Below are positions 35,106 through 40,464 of a stretch of 40,464 bases of DNA, piece after piece; position 1 is the stretch's first letter; each line of letters opens with the position of its first letter. The stretch lies in assembly GCA_913020625.1 (NCBI GenBank), contig CAJVZX010000001.1:1-40464 (forward strand), read 5' to 3'. The notes under the pieces were generated by a model. It was not told the origin of the DNA. It did not search any database and was given only the letters and a program-made list of their open reading frames with translations. This DNA is from an uncultured Pelagibacterales bacterium. GTDB taxonomy: Bacteria > Pseudomonadota > Alphaproteobacteria > Pelagibacterales > Pelagibacteraceae. The translations under genes and the position numbers were made by a program.

Positions 35106-35831
35106 TTATTTATTTATGATTTTTCTAAATCTTTTAATTGATTTAGTCATACCCACAAACAAAGATTCCGAGATGATAAAATGACCAATATTTAATTCGG
35201 AAATACTTTTAATTTTTGCTACATGATGCGCCGATTTATAAGTTAAACCATGTCCAGCATGTACTTCTAATCCTAGTTGCTTCGCGTAAATTGCGGATTT
35301 TTTTAAATTCATAAGTGATAAATTAATTCTATTATTTTTATGAAATAAATTACTAAATTTACCTGTGTGAAGTTCGACACAATTAGCTCCTAATATTTTC
35401 GATAATCTTATATCTGAAACTTGTGGCTCTACAAATAAGCTTACCCTAATTTTCCTTTTTTTTAATTCATTAATTATTCTTTTTAGGTTTTTTTTATTTT
35501 TTTTAACGTTCAAACCGCCTTCTGTTGTAATTTCCTTTCTTTTTTCTGGAACGATACATACATAATTGGGTTTATTCTTAATCGCTATATTTAACATCTC
35601 CTTAGTTGGTGCCATTTCTAAATTTAATGGAATTTTAAGCTTTTTTTTTATTTTTTTTAAATCGCTATCTTTAATATGTCTTCTATCTTCCCTTAAATGT
35701 ATTGTAATTGAATCTGCTCCACTTTTTTGCGCCAATATGGCCGCCCTAAGAGGATCGGGATATGATTCACCGCGAGCATTTCTAACAGTGGCAACGTGAT
35801 CAATGTTTACGCCAAGTCTAATTTTATTCAT
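35106..35831 (-). CDS. pdxJ: pyridoxine 5'-phosphate synthase
   Basis: 241-aa ORF with LGVNIDHVATVRNARG, ITIHLREDRRHI and HAGHGL. Confidence 0.95.
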   Translation of the reverse strand: MNKIRLGVNIDHVATVRNARGESYPDPLRAAILAQKSGADSITIHLREDRRHIKDSDLKKIKKKLKIPLNLEMAPTKEMLNIAIKNKPNYVCIVPEKRKEITTEGGLNVKKNKKNLKRIINELKKRKIRVSLFVEPQVSDIRLSKILGANCVELHTGKFSNLFHKNNRINLSLMNLKKSAIYAKQLGLEVHAGHGLTYKSAHHVAKIKSISELNIGHFIISESLFVGMTKSIKRFRKIINK

Positions 35832-36415
35832 TCGGCTAAATTCCGACTGCCTGGTTTTACAGCAGTAATTTTTTTTAAATCATTGGGTAAATCATTTTCA
35901 TCATAAACCGGTATATTAATTTTAATTTGGGAAATGATTCTATCTTTAATTAGAAGTTCATTATTAGATCTGTCTATAATACATGCGTATCCTATTAATC
36001 TGGCTTCATTCTCAATTACTATTTTGGAGCATTCTAAAGCAGATTTGCCAGTAGTAACTACATCTTCGACAACAAGAACCTTGCTGTCTTTTGGTATAGA
36101 AAAACCTCTTCTTAAACTTAATTTATCTTCTACTCGTTCAGCAAAAATAGTTTGTGCATTTAAATGTTTGCCTATTACATAACCGACCACAATTCCACCT
36201 ATAGCAGGTGATAAGACAATATCAATTTTACCAAAATTACTTTTAATCTTTTCGACTAATGAAACACATACAATTTCAGCCTTCTTGGGGAGGCTTAACA
36301 ATTTAGCACATTGAACATATCGATTGCTGTGTAGACCCGACGAAAGTATAAAATGACCTTCAAGTAATGCTTCGGTTTCTTTTAAAATTCTTAAAGATTC
36401 GCTGTAAGAAAGCAT
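35828..36415 (-). CDS. pyrE: orotate phosphoribosyltransferase
   Basis: 195-aa ORF with GHFILSSGLHS and the PRPP-binding VLVVEDVVTTGKS. Its ATG at 36415 lies 56 nt inside the spoT reading frame. Confidence 0.9.
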   Translation of the reverse strand: MLSYSESLRILKETEALLEGHFILSSGLHSNRYVQCAKLLSLPKKAEIVCVSLVEKIKSNFGKIDIVLSPAIGGIVVGYVIGKHLNAQTIFAERVEDKLSLRRGFSIPKDSKVLVVEDVVTTGKSALECSKIVIENEARLIGYACIIDRSNNELLIKDRIISQIKINIPVYDENDLPNDLKKITAVKPGSRNLAE

Positions 36416-38114
36416 CCTTCTTCCTGTGTCTTATAATTTTAAATTTATAGTCTTTTAATTTAAGTTCACTTATTAAATTTCTATAATTTTTTAAATCATT
36501 AATCTGTATATCAAAAATAAATTCTAAATAATCATTCTTTTTTGATATGATTTCCATATTTGCTATATTGTTTTCATGAAATCCAATTAAACTGCTTACT
36601 TCACCTAATTTTCCAGGTATGTCGGGTATTTTTATGCATAAACTACTAACATATTTTTTATCAGTTTTTTGATAAATATTTTTTTTGATTTGCCAAAATC
36701 TTCTTATAGAGGCTCGAGCTTTTCCTGTTTTGGCATATGATATCCAATTTAAAGATGGTGAAGCATTTTTTGAACCTATAATTTTAACCAAGTCACCATT
36801 TTTTAATGCAGATTGTAATGGTGAGCCTCTTCCGTTAATTTCACATGAAGTTAAAGTGTCACCAATTCTTGTATGTACTGCATAAGCAAAGTCTATGGGT
36901 GTTGCGCCTTTTGGCAATTTGATAACTTCACCTTTTGGGGTAAAACAAAAAACATTATCATGAAACATTTGTAATTTTGTATATTCTAAATAATGTTCTG
37001 GATTTGAATCTTTTTCCATAATTTCCACAAGGTCTCTTAGCCAATCATATTCTTTTAGTGCCAAGTGACTAACTTTTTCTGATGATTTATATATCCAATG
37101 AGAAGCAATTCCTCTTTCGGCAAATTCATGCATTTGATAAGTACGAATTTGTATTTCTACCCTCTCTTTATTTGGTCCTATTACAGCTGTATGTATTGAT
37201 TTATAATTATTGATTTTTGGTGTTGATATGTAATCTTTAAACCCCCCAGGTATTGTAGACCAATTACTGTGAAATAAGCCAAGGACTTTGTAACAAGTTT
37301 CAATATCATCAACTATAATACGGAAACCAATGATGTCGGTAAGTTGTTCAAGAGATACTCTTTTTGTTTGCATTTTTTTCCAAATTGAAAAAGGGGTTTT
37401 TTCACGTCCAACTATTTTTGCAATTATCCCACTTTTTTTTAAAACTTTATTAAAACCTTTTGATATTTCTTTGAAATTATTTTCCCTATTTTTTTTGTTT
37501 ATTAAAAGTCTTTCTACTACAAGATTTCTTGCTTCAGGATTTAATTTTTGAAAAGATAAATCTTCTAACTCATCTCTTATATAATTCATTCCCATTCTGT
37601 CAGAAAGTGGTGCATATATTTCCATCGTCTCCCTGGCAATTCTTTCTCTTCTATTTTCATCAGAAACAGAATCTAGGGTTCTCATATTATGAAGTCGATC
37701 TGCGAGCTTAACAATTAAAACTCTTATATCTTTTGAAGTGGCAAGAATAAGTTTTCTAATATTTTCTGCTTTAGAATTTTCAATGATTCTGTCTTCTAGT
37801 GCAGAAATTTTTGTAACTCCATCCACTAAATCTGCTACTTCTTTTCCAAATTCTTTCTCAACTGCTTTATATGTAGCATTAGTATCCTCTATAGTGTCAT
37901 GAAGTAACCCGGTGGCAATAGTAGCACTATCAAGCTTCAAGTCGGTCAATATATCAGCCACAGCAATCGGGTGGGTTAAATAGGGGTCGCCAGAATCCCT
38001 TTTTTGATTTTTGTGAGCATTTAGAGCGAAAGTATAAGCCTTAGATAAAGTTTCGAGATTTAAAAATTTGTTATAATTTTTTATTTTTTTTATTAAATCT
38101 TCTTGATTGAGCAT
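36360..38114 (-). CDS. spoT: bifunctional (p)ppGpp synthetase/hydrolase, SpoT/Rsh type (short form)
   Basis: 584-aa ORF with an HD domain (HPIAVA ... LLHDTIEDT), a RelA_SpoT synthetase domain (GREKTPFSIWKKM ... YKSIHTAV ... EIQIRT), a TGS domain (FTPKGEVIKLPKGATPIDFAYAVH) and a C-terminal ACT-like segment. Confidence 0.9.
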   Translation of the reverse strand: MLNQEDLIKKIKNYNKFLNLETLSKAYTFALNAHKNQKRDSGDPYLTHPIAVADILTDLKLDSATIATGLLHDTIEDTNATYKAVEKEFGKEVADLVDGVTKISALEDRIIENSKAENIRKLILATSKDIRVLIVKLADRLHNMRTLDSVSDENRRERIARETMEIYAPLSDRMGMNYIRDELEDLSFQKLNPEARNLVVERLLINKKNRENNFKEISKGFNKVLKKSGIIAKIVGREKTPFSIWKKMQTKRVSLEQLTDIIGFRIIVDDIETCYKVLGLFHSNWSTIPGGFKDYISTPKINNYKSIHTAVIGPNKERVEIQIRTYQMHEFAERGIASHWIYKSSEKVSHLALKEYDWLRDLVEIMEKDSNPEHYLEYTKLQMFHDNVFCFTPKGEVIKLPKGATPIDFAYAVHTRIGDTLTSCEINGRGSPLQSALKNGDLVKIIGSKNASPSLNWISYAKTGKARASIRRFWQIKKNIYQKTDKKYVSSLCIKIPDIPGKLGEVSSLIGFHENNIANMEIISKKNDYLEFIFDIQINDLKNYRNLISELKLKDYKFKIIRHRKKDAFLQRIFKNFKRNRSIT

Positions 38115-38126
38115 TTTTTGATTATA

Positions 38127-38639
38127 TCAATTTTTATTTATCTTTAATATAGATTTTCTGTCTTCTTCATTAAGTTTATTAATTAATACACTTAGAATTT
38201 CTTTAGTTTTAGGATGTTTCCAATTAGGCAATATTTCTTGTAAAGGATATAAAACAAAATTTCTTGAAACAAGGCTTTTATGAGGTATCTCTAAATAAAA
38301 ATTATTATTTTTAATTTTTATTATCTGATCTTTATAATCAATAATATCAATATCACACGTTCTAGGATCATTTTTATTTTTTCTTATTCTTTCTAATTTT
38401 TTCTCAATATCAATTATAATTGTCATCAAATTTACTGGGGATAAACTAGTTTTGATTGAAATAACCATATTAGCGAATTTAGGTTTACTTTTATCAGGAT
38501 AGGAAGGAGTTTCGTAAAAACTAGACTTTTTATTCAATAAAATATCCCTATCTTCAAGAAGAGAGATTGCATATTTTAAATTTTCAAATTTATCCCCGTA
38601 TTTAGAGGGCAAATTAGATCCTAATGAAAGAATAACCAT
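38127..38639 (-). CDS. folK: 2-amino-4-hydroxy-6-hydroxymethyldihydropteridine pyrophosphokinase
   Basis: 170-aa ORF with LSLGSNL, YETPSYP, DPRTCDIDII and HPHKSL-like IPHKSLVSRNFVLYPL. Confidence 0.85.
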   Translation of the reverse strand: MVILSLGSNLPSKYGDKFENLKYAISLLEDRDILLNKKSSFYETPSYPDKSKPKFANMVISIKTSLSPVNLMTIIIDIEKKLERIRKNKNDPRTCDIDIIDYKDQIIKIKNNNFYLEIPHKSLVSRNFVLYPLQEILPNWKHPKTKEILSVLINKLNEEDRKSILKINKN

Positions 38640-38645
38640 ATTTGA

Positions 38646-39116
38646 TTAACTGCTTTTTCTGAAGTATCTTGCTTTTTCTCTATTCCAATCTCTTTTCTTT
38701 ATAGTCTGTCTTTTATCATGGTGTTTTTTACCTTTAGCTACTGCAATTTCTATTTTAGCTTTCCCTTTTTTAAAATATAACTTTGTCGGAATTAACGTAA
38801 ATCCTTCTTGATTAACTCTTCCGATAAGCTTTTTAATTTCACGACTATTTAGTAGTAGTTTTCTATTTCTTCTGGGATCATGATTGTTATAACTAGATTC
38901 TTTATAAGAAGGAATGTGAGAATTAAGTAAAAATATTTCACCAGCATTATCTATTGCGTATGATTCTGAAATATTAGCCTTTCCTTCTCTTAGTGATTTT
39001 ACTTCGGAACCTTTGAGCACTATTCCCGCTTCGTAAAATTCATTAAAAAAATAGTTAAATCTTGCTTTTCTATTATTAGAAATTATTTTTAAACCATTTT
39101 TGGTTCTTTGTTTCAT
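38646..39116 (-). CDS. smpB: SsrA-binding protein SmpB
   Basis: 156-aa ORF with [26 protein letters not shown] and a basic C-terminal tail. Confidence 0.95.
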   Translation of the reverse strand: MKQRTKNGLKIISNNRKARFNYFFNEFYEAGIVLKGSEVKSLREGKANISESYAIDNAGEIFLLNSHIPSYKESSYNNHDPRRNRKLLLNSREIKKLIGRVNQEGFTLIPTKLYFKKGKAKIEIAVAKGKKHHDKRQTIKKRDWNREKARYFRKSS

Positions 39117-39119
39117 TAA

Positions 39120-40004
39120 CTAAATTAAGTTTACAAAAGACATTGCAGATTTTACAACTTTTTTTGTATCTTCCGTAATTTTAACCAAAGGCAATCTAAC
39201 CTCTTCTGAACATAAATGTAATAAACTAGCAGCATATTTGACGGGACTTGGACTGCTTTCAATGAACAAAGATTTGTGGAGTGGCATCAATTTATTGTTT
39301 ATTTCATTTGCTTTTGCTAATAAATTGCTATTATTTTTTTCTAATGAAGCTCTTTGAAATTCAGAACAAAGTTTTGCGGCAACATTTGCTGTGACTGAAA
39401 TACAACCAACTCCACCTCGGGAATTAAATTCTAGTGCTGTTCCATCTTCTCCAGATAATTGAATAAAATCAGGACCCATTTTCTTTTTTTGCAAGCCAAC
39501 TCTGTTCAAATCTCCGGTGGCATCTTTTACTCCAATTATATTTTTTAATTCAAAAAGTCTTGCCATCGTATCAACACTCATATCTACAACCGAACGTGAA
39601 GGAATATTATAAATAATTATTGGAATTGAACAGTTGTCATTAATAGCCTTAAAATGTTGATACAAACCTTCTTGTGTTGGTTTATTATAATAAGGAGTAA
39701 CTACTAATGCAGCACTCGCCCCAATATTTTCAGCATATTTTGTTAAAGAAATTGCTTCTTCGGTTGAATTTGATCCGGTGCCTGCAATAACGGGAATTTT
39801 TCCTTTTGATTCCTTTACACATAATTCTATAACTCTTTCGTGTTCTTCATGACTCAATGTGGGCGACTCTCCAGTAGTTCCAGCAGGAACTAGGCCAGAA
39901 GTGCCATTACTTAAATGGTGGTGTATCAGTGAAACATAACAATCTTCATCAAGTTCATTATTTTTGAATGGAGTTATTAAGGCAACAATTGATCCTTTAA
40001 ACAT
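39120..40004 (-). CDS. dapA: 4-hydroxy-tetrahydrodipicolinate synthase
   Basis: 294-aa ORF with GSIVALITPF, GTTGESPTLSHEEH, TPYYNKP and GVKDATG (Schiff-base Lys). Confidence 0.95.
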   Translation of the reverse strand: MFKGSIVALITPFKNNELDEDCYVSLIHHHLSNGTSGLVPAGTTGESPTLSHEEHERVIELCVKESKGKIPVIAGTGSNSTEEAISLTKYAENIGASAALVVTPYYNKPTQEGLYQHFKAINDNCSIPIIIYNIPSRSVVDMSVDTMARLFELKNIIGVKDATGDLNRVGLQKKKMGPDFIQLSGEDGTALEFNSRGGVGCISVTANVAAKLCSEFQRASLEKNNSNLLAKANEINNKLMPLHKSLFIESSPSPVKYAASLLHLCSEEVRLPLVKITEDTKKVVKSAMSFVNLI

Positions 40005-40049
40005 AAGTCTTTATAACATATTTTAAAAAACATATTCATCTAAAAATTT

Positions 40050-40464
40050 ATGAAAAATCTGCGTAAACTTTATGTAGTGCCTTTATTATTTTCTGTCTTT
40101 TTAGTATCGCAAGTTGTTACAGCTAAATCATTACTTCCAAAATCAAAGCCAGTTATTGATCAGAAAACAAAAATTGACACAGCTAGAAAAAAAGTAATTT
40201 ATCCAGAAAAAAAACCTCAAATGATAAAGAAAAAAACTAAAATTGCTAAAACAGAAGATAAAATAATTATTTACCCAGAAAAAAAGCCCCTAGTTTTTAA
40301 AAAAAAAACAGTTAAATCAACTTATAAGTCATCATTGGTATCACAAAAAGATTTTAAAATATCTAAAGCTGCATTCAAAGCATTAGAAAAAAGAAAATGG
40401 TTAACGGCCATAAAAATAGCAAAAAAAGCTAAGGATAAAACTATATTTAAATTGATATACTGGC
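40050..40464 (+). CDS. partial (5' end only) secreted protein, probably a soluble lytic murein transglycosylase (Slt-like)
   Basis: Hand-translated from ATG 40050 as MKNLRKLYVVPLLFSVFLVSQVVTAKS... It has a signal peptide, a duplicated (V/I)IYPEKKP motif, then KDFKISKAFKALEKRKWLTAIKIAKKAKDKTIFKLIYW, resembling Slt N-terminal helical repeats. It runs off the window, and identity rests on the N-terminus and on its position next to dapA. Confidence 0.45.
   Translation, partial: MKNLRKLYVVPLLFSVFLVSQVVTAKSLLPKSKPVIDQKTKIDTARKKVIYPEKKPQMIKKKTKIAKTEDKIIIYPEKKPLVFKKKTVKSTYKSSLVSQKDFKISKAAFKALEKRKWLTAIKIAKKAKDKTIFKLIYW

Noticed and set aside
1-40464. Scan for CRISPR arrays, IS elements/transposases, prophage structural genes, toxin-antitoxin pairs and recognisable defence systems
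   Set aside because: No regularly spaced repeats, no transposase-like ORFs and no capsid/terminase/tail genes were found. No restriction-modification, Cas, abortive-infection or TA-like gene pairs were found either. The single recombinase alone does not define a prophage or an integrative element.

Overview
This is a very AT-rich, gene-dense alphaproteobacterial chromosome segment. Composition, near-zero intergenic spacing and gene order look SAR11/Pelagibacterales-like; this is an inference, not a database match. The window splits into two parts.

(1) Positions 1-12.1 kb are accessory-looking. A Cre-like tyrosine recombinase (58-972) converges on a roughly 9.3 kb, eight-gene, single-strand glycan-biosynthesis cluster (973-10267). 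The cluster encodes a GT2, two large two-domain glycosyltransferase paralogs, a GT11-like enzyme with a degenerate donor motif, a Gfo/Idh/MocA oxidoreductase + DegT aminotransferase + N-formyltransferase cassette, and a small GIY-YIG protein. It ends at tRNA-Glu(UUC) (10362-10436), with a TPR-sulfotransferase fusion on the other side of the tRNA. This is the best candidate for an unusual system here. It is a glycan-modification island with no exporter, polymerase or initiating transferase in view. Its mobility is not demonstrated.

(2) Positions 12.1-40.5 kb are core housekeeping genes in conserved alphaproteobacterial blocks:
- recJ-glpX-hom-(lipoprotein)-argC
- rpsI-rplM, ctaA, chorismate mutase
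- rpmG-merR-ihfA-plsX-rpmF
- Cbp3-like/bamE, H+-PPase
- nusB-ribH-ribB(X)-ribE-ribD-nrdR-glyA-rpiB
- hemB, DUF2061
- recO-rnc-lepB-acpS-pdxJ-pyrE-spoT-folK-smpB-dapA
- a partial Slt-like gene at the right edge

No CRISPR array, IS element, prophage structural genes or recognisable defence genes were seen. Secondary observations:
- a RibBX-type degenerate GTP cyclohydrolase II domain
- a short SpoT/Rsh lacking the TGS-to-ACT linker domains
- a 56-nt spoT/pyrE overlap
- back-to-back divergent start codons
- convergent genes with 0-2 nt between stops
- a 15-bp exact direct repeat in the rpiB/hemB divergent region
- a 173-nt unexplained leader upstream of rplM
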